Of a DNA stretch of 64,000 nucleotides, positions 50,901-62,281 are shown in pieces. The DNA comes from Octopus vulgaris. Taxonomy: Eukaryota. Position 1 is the first letter of the stretch; each line of letters begins with the position of its first letter. The notes under the pieces are model-generated. The model did not search any database. It was not told the origin of the DNA and worked only from the letters and a program-made list of their open reading frames with translations. The translations under genes were made by a program, and so were the position numbers. The DNA lies in assembly GCA_951406725.2 (NCBI GenBank), contig OX597817.1, forward strand, positions 111,476,001 to 111,540,000, written 5' to 3'.

Positions 50901-52304
50901 GGAATAAAAGGGAAGAACCAGTAACAATGTCAGGTAGCTAAAAGAATGGCTAGATGTCAAGTAGACTTATCTAGGAGAAAAGTAGAAAGTTTGCTGATTT
51001 TATAGAGGCATAAGGCATTCTAGATTTCAAAGCAATGTGTTAATATGGATTAAGACATCATAGGTAAGAAGTGTGTATGCAATGGTAGCAGTGCATTTGC
51101 CTTCTCTTGTGCCAAGAAAGTGATATGGAAATACTACTATGGGAAGTTACTGAATAAGAAAAATCCAATGAAGAGATTCAACAAGTAGTTTCAGAAGTAG
51201 CACCTGCTATATATATGGTTGATAAGGTTATAAAAGCATGAAAAGCAGCTTGACTATCAGAGATAGTCTCTGAGATGCTGAAAATATCAGGCAAAGTAGG
51301 ATATGCACTAGTCATTCACGAAGTCTATTAAGTCAAGCAGAAAGTGATCATTTCCACTGACTGGTGTAGCAGTTTCATTGTCACTTACTACATGGTCAAA
51401 GGAGATGTTCTAGAAAGTGGTATATAACTAATTAAGAGGAAAATTAGCTTTGATGAGTTTGCAGTTCAGGTTTGTGCTTGAATAGAGTACCACTGATACC
51501 CACTTCTCAGTAAGACAATTACAAGAGAATTCCTTTATAGCATACCACTATAGTAAGCATTCATTAACCTTGTGCAGGCCTTTTAGTATGACATTCTGTA
51601 GTCTGGTGGTTGCTAAGAAAACAATGTATAGATGAATGCCTTTGGAGAACCTTAGCAACAAGTTCAGCAAGGAATTTGCACACAAGTAGGTGTCCATTCG
51701 AGTTCAATTCTTAGCCATCTACTGTTTATTATAGTTTTTCAGGTTATAACAGGGAAGTTAAAGACTAGCTATCCTTAAGAACTTGTTTTTCTCATGATAC
51801 TGCAGATTCTCAGTCTCCTTAATTCATACTTACCTGCTAAGTTGCATCTCACTTCTGGCAATAAAGAAATAGAACCTCTCTACAATTTCCAACAAACTAT
51901 TCAAGTAGTAGATGGTTTTTGGTTACTGGTTCCTTAGACTGTTGCTTTTACCAATGAAAAGTTTCACTTTTAAAAACTTTATTCTTAGCCAATGATGCCA
52001 TTCAAAGGAACAGAGAATATCTCTATTGATAGTTATGTGAAATTTGAGATACAGCACTTCCAGTTAATTTTGATACTATATTTAATATTCTTTTATTACT
52101 ATATGTTTGCCTCAATGCAAAGTATATTTTCCTAATGCATTGACATATTACTACTTCCATCATAAATTATTCTTTCATCATTATATTGTAATATGGATAT
52201 GTTGTAAACTTTTCTTTGATTTGTGTTTATTTTCAGGTGGATCTCCATATTTAGCAGCTAAAATCAATGAAGCTAAAGACTATTTAGAAAATAATAAAAA
52301 CTAA
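38730..52304 (+). CDS. DNAJC19: Mitochondrial import inner membrane translocase subunit TIM14/PAM18 (J-domain protein), 6 coding exons, 117 aa
   Basis: Exons 38730-38732 (ATG only, donor gtgag), 41631-41682, 44727-44803, 45778-45860, 49572-49642, 52237-52304 give [117 protein letters not shown]. HPD motif present; length fits DNAJC19 rather than the longer DNAJC15. Confidence 0.94.
39740..41480. mobile_element. Degenerate CRE-like non-LTR retrotransposon (RT plus restriction-like endonuclease), internally inverted, in DNAJC19 intron 1
   Basis: Minus strand: QLGVG, LDLRNAFNSISR, GVQQGDPL, WYLND (YLDD), CRCG..H..C knuckle. Plus strand 41190-41480: FQPVAFETFG...LFQHLSLVIAHGNAASVL, the C-terminal part. 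Confidence 0.8.
41631..41682 (+). CDS. DNAJC19: DNAJC19 coding exon 2 (membrane anchor)
   Basis: [17 protein letters not shown](G); acceptor ttcatag, donor gtaata. Confidence 0.9.
42690..43446 (+). mobile_element. hAT (Buster/Charlie-type) transposase 3' fragment
   Basis: LLYHTKVWWLSK (compare HTEVRWLS), FLCDIFTKLNDLNKLLQG, YLVESGF, terminal HGSH*; broken by stops and frameshifts. Confidence 0.8.
43940..44320 (+). mobile_element. RTE-related 3'-end element with (GAT)n tail
   Basis: Ends ccatccaacccatgccatcatggaaagcaggcattaaacgatgatgatgatg. The same tail occurs at about 48000-48060, 21770-21820, 30700-30750 (+) and 42240-42300, 52955-53090, 17715-17820 (-). Confidence 0.7.
44727..44803 (+). 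CDS. DNAJC19: DNAJC19 coding exon 3
   Basis: (G)[25 protein letters not shown]; acceptor tttttacag, donor gtaagt. Confidence 0.9.
45778..45860 (+). CDS. DNAJC19: DNAJC19 coding exon 4
   Basis: [27 protein letters not shown](S). Confidence 0.95.
46780..47885 (+). mobile_element. RTE-clade LINE, AP-endonuclease fragment
   Basis: FRVGTLNVGTL..., DVCCVQEVRWRG, GDFNGHV, QIDFILTR, QHRLVISDF with stops; followed at about 47900-48060 by a 3' end with (GAT)n tail. Confidence 0.85.
49572..49642 (+). CDS. DNAJC19: DNAJC19 coding exon 5
   Basis: [23 protein letters not shown](G), HPD motif. Confidence 0.95.
49690..50520 (+). mobile_element. Degenerate CR1/Jockey-like LINE RT fragment
   Basis: WICSFLTDHTIVAYVDGSFS...SDIPQSSVLS (compare WIxSFL...SGVPQGSVLS) and a later EYCSHIWD motif. 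Confidence 0.65.
50560..51790 (+). mobile_element. Highly degenerate RTE LINE RT fragment
   Basis: Residual GVHxxSILSHLLFIIV motif near 51690 and similarity to the RTE copy near 47450 (gaagaatgtacc). Confidence 0.55.
52237..52304 (+). CDS. DNAJC19: DNAJC19 terminal coding exon 6
   Basis: (G)[21 protein letters not shown]. Confidence 0.95.
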
Positions 52305-52389
52305 GTAACTTAATAACAAGAGATATTTGGACATTTTGGAAATTATTTCCCAACTGTTACAGTGATGTTTTTTATTCATACTCTGTAGA

Positions 52390-52395
52390 AATAAA
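52390..52395 (+). terminator. Probable DNAJC19 polyadenylation signal
   Basis: AATAAA about 85 nt after the stop, followed by T-rich sequence. Confidence 0.55.
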
Positions 52396-54264
52396 TATTT
52401 TTTTAATTAAAAACTTTTTATTTTGATTGTTTTAAATGCTTATAAATTAGCTGACAACAGACTAAGTAAAAAATGTAAAGATTTTAAACTGGCGGAGGCA
52501 TGGCTGTGTGGTAAGAAGCTTGCTTCCCAACCATGTGAATTCCACTGTGCAGCAACTTGGACAAGTGTCTTCTACTGTAGCTTCTGACCAACCCAAACCT
52601 TGTGGGTGGATTTGGTATACATCTATATGTGTGTCTTTGTGTCTGTGTTTGTCCCTCGCATGACAACTGTTGTTGGTATGTTTACATCCCCATAACTTAG
52701 CAGTTTGGGAAAAGAGACTGATAGAATAAGTATTGGACTTAAAAGAATTAGTACTGGGGTTGATTTAGTCAACTAAACATTCTTCAAGGTGTTACTCCAA
52801 ATCTATTTAAAATGGTTTTGATTTTTAAATATACAGTCTGTTTGCTACATAATTACTAAATAAAAACATTCCAACAGATTGATCCTTCAATGTTAGCACA
52901 AAATCCAAAGATTTCTAGCTTTGACCATCTTTGGACATATGACAGGGGAGATTCATCATCATAATCATCATCGTTTAACATCCATTGTCTATGCTGGCCT
53001 GGATTGGACGGTTTTACCAGAGCTGATTTAACATGGTTTCTATGGCTGGATGCCCTTCCTAACACCATCCATTTTTACAGAGTGTGCTGGTTGCTTTTAA
53101 GAGAAGGTGATGTGCAGTGAGACTGAACCCAAAATTATATGGTTGGGAAGCAAGCTTCTTTACCACATATTCATGTCTGCACCTATGACTATAATTAAAT
53201 GTGCATTATTTTTTCTGACTAGCATAGTACCTGTCAAAAATGATGATGGACTGAGTATGGAATAAATTTTGTAAACAAATTGCACAATTTCTTCCAGCTC
53301 TTTATGATCTGATTTCAAAGTTTACTGTGGTTAACTTTATTTTCCACCTTTCTGGATCAATAAAATAAAGTACTGGAATCAATGGTATCAACCCCTCCCT
53401 GCCACCTTCAAATTTGCTTGCCTATTTATTGCCTAAGTCAAAAACAATTCTTATAAGCATTGGAAAACATGCTTTGTGGCACTTGCTCTAGCTCTTTATA
53501 TTCTGAGTTCAAATCCTGCCACAGTCGATTTTGTCTCTCTTCTTTTGAGGTCAGTAAAATAAAGTATCAGTCAAGTATTGAGGTCAGTGTTATCAACCAA
53601 ATCTTTCCCCTTGAAATTACTGGCTTTGTACCTAAGTCAGAAATTACTATTTCAATTTGTCAATGCTATATTTTGTTTTTAAACAATTTTGTCAAATACT
53701 TTCCACAGACTATTTCTTCATATAATTGTCATGATTTTTGTACTAAATATTGAATATTCACGTTAGTCTATGGCTTCAACTACAGAGGTGGACTATAATC
53801 GATATATTGGACTTAGTAGTTGTCTGATACTTTATTGACAAACGAAATAATGATCACTACCCAATGCCGAGATATGAACTATTCCAGAAACTAAAGAGCA
53901 GAAAAAAATTCAGTGCAATCGATTTACAAAACGTATATTTACAGACTGAATCAACAGAAAAAATTAAAATTACGCCTATAGTGAGATTTAGAATCGATCT
54001 TAAAATCCTCGGTTGTCAGGTCCGAGACTCTCGGAGATCACGCTCAAGTCATACGATATGTCCTGATTGCAGGGATACTACGCCATATGAACATCATCTG
54101 CAATGTCCTTGAATTTCGCGCGCTCTTCTTAGAATTTAGGCGAAAGCCCGTCAAGAACAGTCGCAGATGTTTGAGACCGTCACCAGATAACACATTCTCA
54201 ACCTTCCCCACAAGCAAACCAGATCAATCGCAAAGGTTTGAGAGAGCTACGGAGAACACACATC

Positions 54265-54310
54265 TCACCTCTTACCAAACAAATACCAAGTCTTCCTTTG
54301 CTGAATCCGG
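54265..54310 (-). CDS. Candidate terminal coding exon with neuropeptide-precursor-like end
   Basis: Acceptor tttctttcatttctag, then phase-2 reading (x)RIQQRKTWYLFGKR*; AATAAA at 53836-53831 on the same strand. Upstream exons not found. Confidence 0.35.
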
Positions 54311-55099
54311 CTAGAAATGAAAGAAATTCTTCGTAATTGCAGACCAGCTCTTTCCTGCTTCTTGAGCATAACCAATCATTACTATATATATTTGTTACAT
54401 TGAGGTTCGATTCTGCTTCCAACATTCTCAGTCAGCAATCATTAGAAATTTTCAATAAATCTTGTAATAAAAATATACTGTTATGTTTGCGTCTGTTCAC
54501 TATGGAATAACACGCAGCCGACACAACAATACATTTATTGAATCCACGACATTTGGTAACGGGCATACATTTCAACGCGACACACTTATCGATCCTAGGA
54601 ATTGACAACGAATACCATTCTTGATTTTACACCTCTATTTATATTTCAACGTCTTGCCGATCAAATGTTATCTAGAATTAAGTATTGTGCATCGTATATG
54701 AATGATATCATCATTTGGACAGTGAGTTTGAAATGACGTAAAGTAAAATGTGATTTTTATTTTCATCAACAAGCCTTGGTGATTATCTGGCACAAAGATA
54801 ATCCGGAAAAATACAAATTCAGCTTTAAAAATTACCTATTTCAAAGAATGTAAATGAAGCATTAGCATTTTCTTCGAGAATCGATATAGCAATTATACTG
54901 TACGAAAATGAACATACCATTCATATGAAAATTTTGGTAGTATCTGAGTCATTGGTCAATGTAGGATCAGCATGGTCATTTTAAAGTCTTGGGAATTCGA
55001 GCAGTTACTTGAGCTATCAAGTGCTTAAGAACGTTACATTCTGCATTTGGGATCTCCGAAATAAAAGGGAATGTAAAAATAAAGTATGTTATGAGAGCT

Positions 55100-55910
55100 A
55101 GCAAGTTTAGGGCCAGTTCTGTGGATTAGTTTAGCTACAACGTAAAAAGATAGTTGAACGTCCATTGATGCATACATCTTAAACACTGAATGCACATCAA
55201 CGGTGATGTTCGCGAAGAGAAATTGTCTACTTATAATTAGGGACGAAATTCTGAATTAATCACCGATCACAACCATAGGATAAAAATGAACTGGTACCAA
55301 CATCTCAACAACTGCAGCGTTAGACGACGTTAGTGACATCGTGCAAATTATACTGTAAGATATAAAGTTTCGAAGCAACATAAAAATTACAAATACATTA
55401 TCAAGACCGCAGATGAGATCTGATTGCGATTTTGGCGAAAGGCATAAAAATCCTTCTATCTGAAATTGAAATACACCAAAGCATTGATTAAAGTCTAGAT
55501 AGAATCATGGTTGCCACTAAAGAAATAGAATCAACCAGGAAGTCTGAAATCGATATTACTCGAAATAATTCGTCGATTATAGTTTGTCGGAAAAACTAAA
55601 TATTGAAGACGAACATTTAGAAGAAAACTGGATAAAACGTGACCCAATTAATTAGCACGGAAATTTAATTAATCTTGCAGTCTAATTTTCGTAGAGTAAT
55701 TATTGAGAAAATATTACGGAATGAAATTTTGATTAAACTGCATGAAGATCATTGAGTCATGACCCGAATGAAACAAATGAGTTTTAGGAACTGCTACTGG
55801 CCAAAATTGCAATCTGGTATAGCTGCGATTGTTAAGCATCTGGTATCTGGTATAGCTGCAATTGTCCAATATCTCGACTAGTTACCAATGCACCAGAAAA
55901 TATTATAACT
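55100..55910 (+). mobile_element. Degenerate Ty3/Gypsy pol fragment (RNase H to integrase zinc finger)
   Basis: GRNSELITDH (compare GRxFxLxTDH), QLQR, and ILRNEILIKLHEDH..MTRMKQM..YWPKL (integrase H2C2 region); many stops; extent approximate. Confidence 0.65.
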
Positions 55911-56184
55911 AATGGCCAAAAACATCTGGATTTTGGCAACGAATACATGTCAACTACATCAGATCATTTTACGACGAAAGGTTGCTTATTGTCAGTGATT
56001 CGTTCTCGAAATATCTACATTTTTTTTTCTTGCATCAGACAACATCAAGAGCCTCTAATTGAGCTTTGCTCAAATGTACAAAGAATTCGAAAAACATGCG
56101 ATGTAAACCATTTATTACTAGGGTCGATGTAATTGTTTAGTCCCCTCCCTCAAAATTTCAGGTTTTGTGCCTTTATTAGAAACG

Positions 56185-56200
56185 ATTATTATTATTATTA

Positions 56201-56246
<46 letters not shown>

Positions 56247-56267
56247 TATTATTATTATTATTATTAT
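56185..56267. repeat. (ATT)n microsatellite
   Basis: Direct reading; source of the poly-Y and poly-I pseudo-ORFs. Confidence 0.95.
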
Positions 56268-56273
56268 CGCCAT

Positions 56274-56665
56274 AGGCGCAGGCATGGCTGTGTGATAAGA
56301 AGCTTGCTCCCCAACCACATAGTTCCGGTTTCAGCCCCACTGCGTGGCACCTTGGGCAAGTGTCTTCTACTATAGCCTCGGCCCGACCAAAGCCTTATGA
56401 GTAGATTTGGTAGACGGAAACTGGAAGAAGCCGGTCGCGCGCGCGTGTGTGTGTGTGTATTTATGTGTGTTGCCTCTGTCTGCCATCGCTTGACAACCGA
56501 TGCCGGTGTGTTTACGCCCCGTAATTTACCGGTTCGGCACAAGAAACCGATAGAATAAATACTAGGCTTACAAAGAATAAATTCTGGGGCCAATTTCTCC
56601 AACTAAAACATTTTAAGGCGATACTCCTGCATGACCGCAGTCAGATGACTGAAACAAGCAAAAAA
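56274..56665 (+). mobile_element. SINE family A, young copy
   Basis: Highly similar to 34887-35240 with CpGs retained. Confidence 0.85.
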
Positions 56666-57821
56666 ATAATATGATCAAGACAGGGTAACTTGAGCTCTGT
56701 AAGTATTGCGTCTTCTCCATCATTTCGGCCTGTTGAGGGTCCCGTACAGGAATTAATTTTGTTATAATTTCATTATCAAAATTATCTGGGTCACTGTGGT
56801 AATATTTGGTTCAGAACTACTCCCGTTCCAGTGGGATATACTTTAATATTTATTTTGAGTCATTTGGGAAAACAAGATGATGGAGACTGGAGTAGCTAAT
56901 TAGTTAAACGACATTTGATTAGGATAATCGTCAACAATCAATGGTGCGGCGCTGAAGAGGGCGATTAGAGCAGAATCGTTAGCGTTTAACAAAGAACTAG
57001 TAGCAGAAATAGATTTGAGACAGAACTAGTGAGCAACCTCAAGAGACGATTAGTAAAGGCATTGCGACCGATGTACTAGCAGTGGGAATGACACCTCCAC
57101 CATTTCTCCGAGGCGAAGCATGAAGTGTGCCTTGTCAGAGCTAAGTCACGTGCGCTCAAACACAAAGGAACAAAAACTATTGATGGTCCCGAGCGGCGGA
57201 TCATCATCTGCACCAAAAGTGTCAACAGTAGGTTGATTATTGCTAAACAAAGCACTCGTGCTTTGTGCACTTTCATTGACTTCACTGGTGCTTGCATGGC
57301 TTGTTTCAGTTGCAGGTAATGACAAACTTTTAGAGACGTAAAACTTATATTTTGTAAAATAGTTTGATAGTTTTTGACATTTAGAAATTTCGTTATATTG
57401 CTTTTCTTTGAGTTGGCATTTCTGGTATCCGCCTAAGTACTTTCTTGAAGACATTGCTATTCCTCGTTGGGCCTAGACCTCCGTAAAAAAAAAAAAAAAA
57501 AAAAAAGAAGGTGTTGGGGTAATATTTTCATTAGCCATAAGACAGAAATCGATCAAGATAAGGGGAAGAGGCAGCGAATGTGCTGTTTTCTGATTGGCTG
57601 AAAATTTTGAAAATTATCAAACTTTGAACACGTTAACATTTTTGTGGAATTTTTTCTGGAATAAATGAATAACAAATTCGGATTCAGCGTCAAAAATTAC
57701 ATCTGTATAATACATAAAAATTTTTTAAAGATAATTGTAAACAGTGATGAAAACCACAAAGATCAAGTTACAAAAATATTCTGAAAATATCAAAAAATAA
57801 GAAAAGTCTTGACTAATTAAA

Positions 57822-58855
57822 GGATCTTTACCTACAGATCTAAAAAGTAATTTTTTGTTACTGAACACTTTCAAACTTCGGACACTGGTAGAACGTGTCA
57901 TATAAAACATCTTTTACTCTTAGCATTTTTGAGAAAAACGTATATTTACGAAGTTATTTCACCTTAAAGTTCTCGTATTTCGATAATTTCTACCAATCAA
58001 TGACGTGTATTCAGCTGAATAAAATTACTGCTGTTGTTTGTTAACAAGAACTTCCGGCGGTGTATATTTCGTTTGTCACTGTTATTTATGACAACCCTAA
58101 CCCTAAAACCCTAACCATAACACTAAAAATTTAACCCTAACCCTAAAACACTAACCCTAATCCTAACCCTAAAACCTTTAAACCTGTACAAACGCACGAA
58201 CGATGTCATAAATAACAGTGACAAACGCAAAATACACCGCCGATAGTTGTTGTTGACAAACAACGGCAGTAATTTTATTCAGCAGAATACACGTCATTGA
58301 TTGGTTGAAATTATCGAAATACGAGAACTTTAAGGTGAAATAACTTCGTAAATATAAGTTTTTCTCAAAAGTGCTAAGAGTAAAAGATGTTTTATATGAC
58401 ACATTCTACCAGTGACCGAAGTTTGAAAGTGTTTACTCTTTTACTCTCTCTTTTACTTGTTTCAGTCATTTGACTGCGGCCATGCTGGAGCACCGCCTTT
58501 AGTCGAGCAAATCTTTGTAAGCCCAGTACTAATTCTATCGGTCTCTTTTGCCGAACCGCTAAGTGACGGGGACGTAAACACACCAGCATCGGTTGTCAAG
58601 CAATGCTAGGGGGACAAACACAGACACACAAACACATACACACATACATATATACGACAGGCTTCTTTCAGTTTCCGTCTACCAAATCCACTCACAAGGC
58701 ATTGGTCGTCCCGGGGCTATAGCAGAAGACACTTGCCCAAGATGCCACGCCATGTGGTTGGTTAGCAAGCTACTTACCACACAGCCACTCCTGCGCCTAT
58801 AAGTTTAGTTACAAAAAATTATTTTTTAAATCTGTCGGTCAAAAGGTAAAGATCC
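57822..58855. mobile_element. Foldback (long-TIR) non-autonomous element with (CCCTAA)n-like core; right arm interrupted by a SINE
   Basis: Termini GGATCTTTACCT / AGGTAAAGATCC. Left arm 57822-58093 is the reverse complement of 58204-58434 plus 58800-58855. Spacer 58094-58203 has aaccctaa repeats. Confidence 0.8.
58435..58799 (-). mobile_element. SINE family A, young copy nested in the foldback element
   Basis: Reverse complement of 34887-35240, with AAGAGTA-repeat tail at about 58435-58460. Confidence 0.85.
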
Positions 58856-58913
58856 GAAACGGGAATTCAAATAGACAATAAAACTTATTTTTTAGTCTAT
58901 TTCTCTATATACA

Positions 58914-59050
<137 letters not shown>

Positions 59051-59269
59051 TGCATACATACATGAATGTTTTTTTTACTTTTCTTTTTCACTTCCATGGC
59101 ACCATGCTGCACTTGGAGACTGATGTCTGAAACGGAACTTAAACTAGAGAGAATAAAACTTTTTTTTCTGTTTATTTTTTTTTTATCGCTATATATATTC
59201 ACACACATAAAGACACATCCATCCATACATACGTACATTCATTCACACATACATACTTTCGGAAATATT

Positions 59270-59530
59270 TTTTTCACGCTAAGAGTTGCTGAAGTATGGA
59301 ACTAACTGCCGGCATCAGTTATTAGTTGTCAGAGCACTGCATCCTTCAAAACTTCCATGCTTCCTGAGATTCGCCAACACTACACCTGATTTTCTCCCCT
59401 TCATACACACGCAAGCATGTATTTGACTCATACACTGTTCACTTCCCAGACATTTGTACATTACTGCATATGCTTTATACCCACTTTTGACAAGTTGTGG
59501 TGCACCTGAGCACTGTATACAATAATTTCA
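59270..59530 (+). mobile_element. CR1-like LINE 3' end; related copies at about 33480-33700 (-) and 22740-23190 (+)
   Basis: FFTLRVAEVWN.LPASVISCQSTASFKTSMLPEIRQHYT* plus shared 3'UTR gtggtgcacctgagcactgtata; near-identical reverse complement at 33480-33700. Confidence 0.75.
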
Positions 59531-59545
59531 TTATATTATATATTA

Positions 59546-59723
59546 TACATACATACATGCATGCATGCATGCATACATACATACATACATACATACATAC
59601 ATACATACATACATACATACATACACACATACATACACATACATACATACATACATACATACATACATACATACATACATACATACATACATACATACAT
59701 ACATACATACATACATACATACA
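59546..59723. repeat. (ATAC)n microsatellite
   Basis: Direct reading; source of the MYVC/HTYI pseudo-ORFs. Confidence 0.95.
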
Positions 59724-59959
59724 TGGTTTTTTAAAACTTTTCTTTGTCGTTTCACTGACACCATCCTTTTTTAAGGGACTGGTGTAGAGACAAAACTTTT
59801 TTCTCAGTCTATTTCGTTTTATCGGCCCTGTCTGCATGGCAAAATACAAAAAGAAAAATATTGACAGAACGAAAAAATTAAGTTGACCAGAGGGGCCCCT
59901 CGGGTATTAAGGGCTCTGAAGCTTAAGCTTCATTAATTTGATAGTAAATCTGCCACTAC

Positions 59960-60332
59960 CCCTGGGGACGGTGGAAAGTTCCAAGGGGGTGTTAAAGAAA
60001 ACTGGGACGACAATGGGGTAGCTATTCATGTGAAAATTGGGGCGATAAAGGGGTGGCGATTCATGTAAAAACAATAATTTGTGAAATCCAATTGCTTTAA
60101 ATTGATAATGTCTTTGCTTGTGATGGTAAGTTAGGGTGGGGTGCTAGGAAGGTGTCCTGGGTGTCAAGGGGGCGGGAGCGTGAAAAAGTTTGGGAACCAC
60201 TGATCTAAAGCAAAACTATCTCAGGGGTGCTTAAAATACTAAGGTGAATCCCCAGTTTACTATATTGTTGTGTGGATCCCCCCAAATCATATGGTCCTCA
60301 TGGACCATATGGACCTCGGTTGAGAACCACTA
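59960..60332 (+). mobile_element. Two adjacent hAT/Charlie-like MITE fragments
   Basis: 3' termini AAAAGTTTGGGAACCACTG (ends 60202) and GGTTGAGAACCACTA (ends 60332). Confidence 0.55.
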
Positions 60333-60744
60333 TTCTAAACCAGCTGAAATATAGTTGTAGAAAATTTCATTGACAAATATCCATTTTTCTGAAAAGAAAG
60401 AAAAATTCGGGGTGGGGTGCATTTGTGCAGGTATGCTCAAATCTGGACTGGATGTAAACAATAACGGATCAACATGTGGTCCTGCATGCACTCTGCTTGG
60501 GAAAAAAGATGGAAAGGTCACGGTTGGAGCACCTTTTTATTCACAATTCTGATAAGCCAAGACTTTAACAGCAACAGTATTATTGTCACTGAAACTAAAT
60601 ACAACTTTTAACGGAAACCAAATGCTGCCCCAACTCGTCCGGAAATATTGTATTTGTTACTTTATCGTTATTATCAGGTATGGGCTGTTCAACATGAATC
60701 GCTATCTCAATCTTTCTTCAACTGTTATTACTTATCTACGAAAA

Positions 60745-61090
60745 GCGGCGAGCTGGCACAAACGTTAGCACGCCGGGCGAAATGCATAGCGGTATTTCGT
60801 CTGCTGTTACGTTGTGAGTTCAAATTCCGCCGAGGTCGACTTTGCCTTTCATCCTTTCGGGATCGATAAATTAAGTACCAGTTACGCACTGGGGTCGATG
60901 TAATCGACTTAATACCTATGTCTGTCCTTGTTTGTCCCCTCTATGTTTAGCCCCTTGTGGGTAGTAAAGAAATAGGCATTTCGTCCGACTTCACGTTCTG
61001 AGTTCAAATTCTGCCGAGGCTGACTTTGCCTTTCATCCTTTCGAGGTCAATAAAAAATGCATATTAGCACTGGAGTCGATGTAATCGGCT
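60745..61090 (+). mobile_element. tRNA-derived SINE family B with Deu/Nin-like motif; full copy 60745-60974 plus partial tandem copy
   Basis: Head GGCGAGCTGGCA..GAGTTCAAATTCC, central GCCTTTCATCCTTTCGGGATCGATAAA. Other copies at 34658-34886 (-), about 20350-20560 (+), 46000-46200 (+), 48240-48375 (-), 2450-2550 (+), 53460-53650 (+). Confidence 0.85.
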
Positions 61091-61337
61091 ATCAGAGTTT
61101 AAAAGTTACACAACTTCCGACTGTTCGTCGGAACTGTATATTTCGATGAAGAGTTCTAAGTGATTTGCGAAAAGGAATATAATCTCGAAAGTTACTTCAT
61201 GTGTGCTTACAACGAGATAGAAAGAAAAGAAAAGAATTCCTATAGAATCGTAAACGAGTCTTGGAACAAGATGATGTTTACGTAGTTTCTAGAGTATCAG
61301 CGCTATAAGTATTCGTGTATGTGAAAACATAAAGTAC

Positions 61338-61365
61338 GTGTGTGTGTACGTGTGTGTGTGTGTGT

Positions 61366-61424
<59 letters not shown>
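61338..61424. repeat. (TG)n microsatellite
   Basis: Direct reading. Other TA/TG runs at about 1929-1978, 27611-27661, 34029-34082, 38932-38959, 62216-62278, 62620-62708. Confidence 0.95.
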
Positions 61425-61432
<8 letters not shown>

Positions 61433-61562
61433 TGTAGGTGTGAGGGTGTTTGTCGTTTGTGTATGTATGAAAACATCTGACAAACGACTAATACGCTACT
61501 TCCAAGAATCAACAAGTACGCTTAGTGGTTTAATAGAAATATATGCCGGTACATTAACGCAC

Positions 61563-61634
61563 GGGGATATAGCTCAGTGGTAGAGCATTCGACTGCAGAT
61601 CGAGAGGTCCCCGGTTCAATCCCGGGTGTCCCCT
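61563..61634 (+). tRNA. tRNA-Cys (anticodon GCA)
   Basis: GGGGATATAGCTCAGTGGTAGAGCATTCGACTGCAGATCGAGAGGTCCCCGGTTCAATCCCGGGTGTCCCCT folds to a full cloverleaf; anticodon GCA at 61595-61597; discriminator U; TTTT at 61647-61650. Confidence 0.96.
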
Positions 61635-62216
61635 TTGAAATATTCGTTTTCAAAGATTTTTTTAAAACAATATATTGAATTTTCGCTAACATGAGTACAG
61701 AATCATAAGAATGGAAATAATTACAAATACCGTCATTACATTTTCTTTCGTATACAGGAAACTCGAGAACTTTTTAATGATAGAGATGTTGACGCCGTAA
61801 TGTTCATTCCATTTCACGAATATAACGATGTCTCATTGGCAAGGAACGAATTTGCATTTCAGGATGGGTATAGTAGTTTGAATTAAATCCAGTACATGTT
61901 AAGTACATACATACCTATGAATGGCCAAATCCACCTCGGAGCGATTTGAATTCAGATAGTAGTGATGATACGTAAAAGTTTGATTTCAGCATTCTAGCTT
62001 TACTATCACCCCGACGCAAATTGTAAAAGAATAACAGAATAAACACGGAACATTGTTTATGTGTATGAATAGGCGTGGCTGTGTAGTAAGTAGCTTGCAT
62101 CCCAACTACATGGTCCAGGGTTCAGTCCCTTTGCGTGGCATCTTGGCCAAGTGTCTTCTACTGTGGCCTCGGGCCGACCAAAGCATTTGTAGGTGGAAAC
62201 TGAAAGAAGCCCGTCG

Positions 62217-62276
<60 letters not shown>

Positions 62277-62281
<5 letters not shown>

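Noticed and set aside
53864-54314. Plus-strand ORFs of 82 and 75 aa, one with CPDC...HHLQC
   Set aside because: No recognisable domain or splice support; splice and polyA signals favour the minus strand
56118-56602. Poly-Tyr and poly-Ile ORFs; also the duplicated MSSNARGTNTD ORFs at 34877 and 58593
   Set aside because: (ATT)n repeat and SINE family A sequence; the apparent paralogy reflects SINE copies
60340-60403. Strong minus-strand acceptor followed by MKFSTTIFQL, a possible upstream exon of the TWYLFGKR candidate
   Set aside because: Weak donor, phase mismatch with the 54310 exon, and too short for a signal peptide
61140-61205. Hammerhead-like motif gatgaagag...ctcgaaag
   Set aside because: CUGANGA core is broken and no convincing stem I
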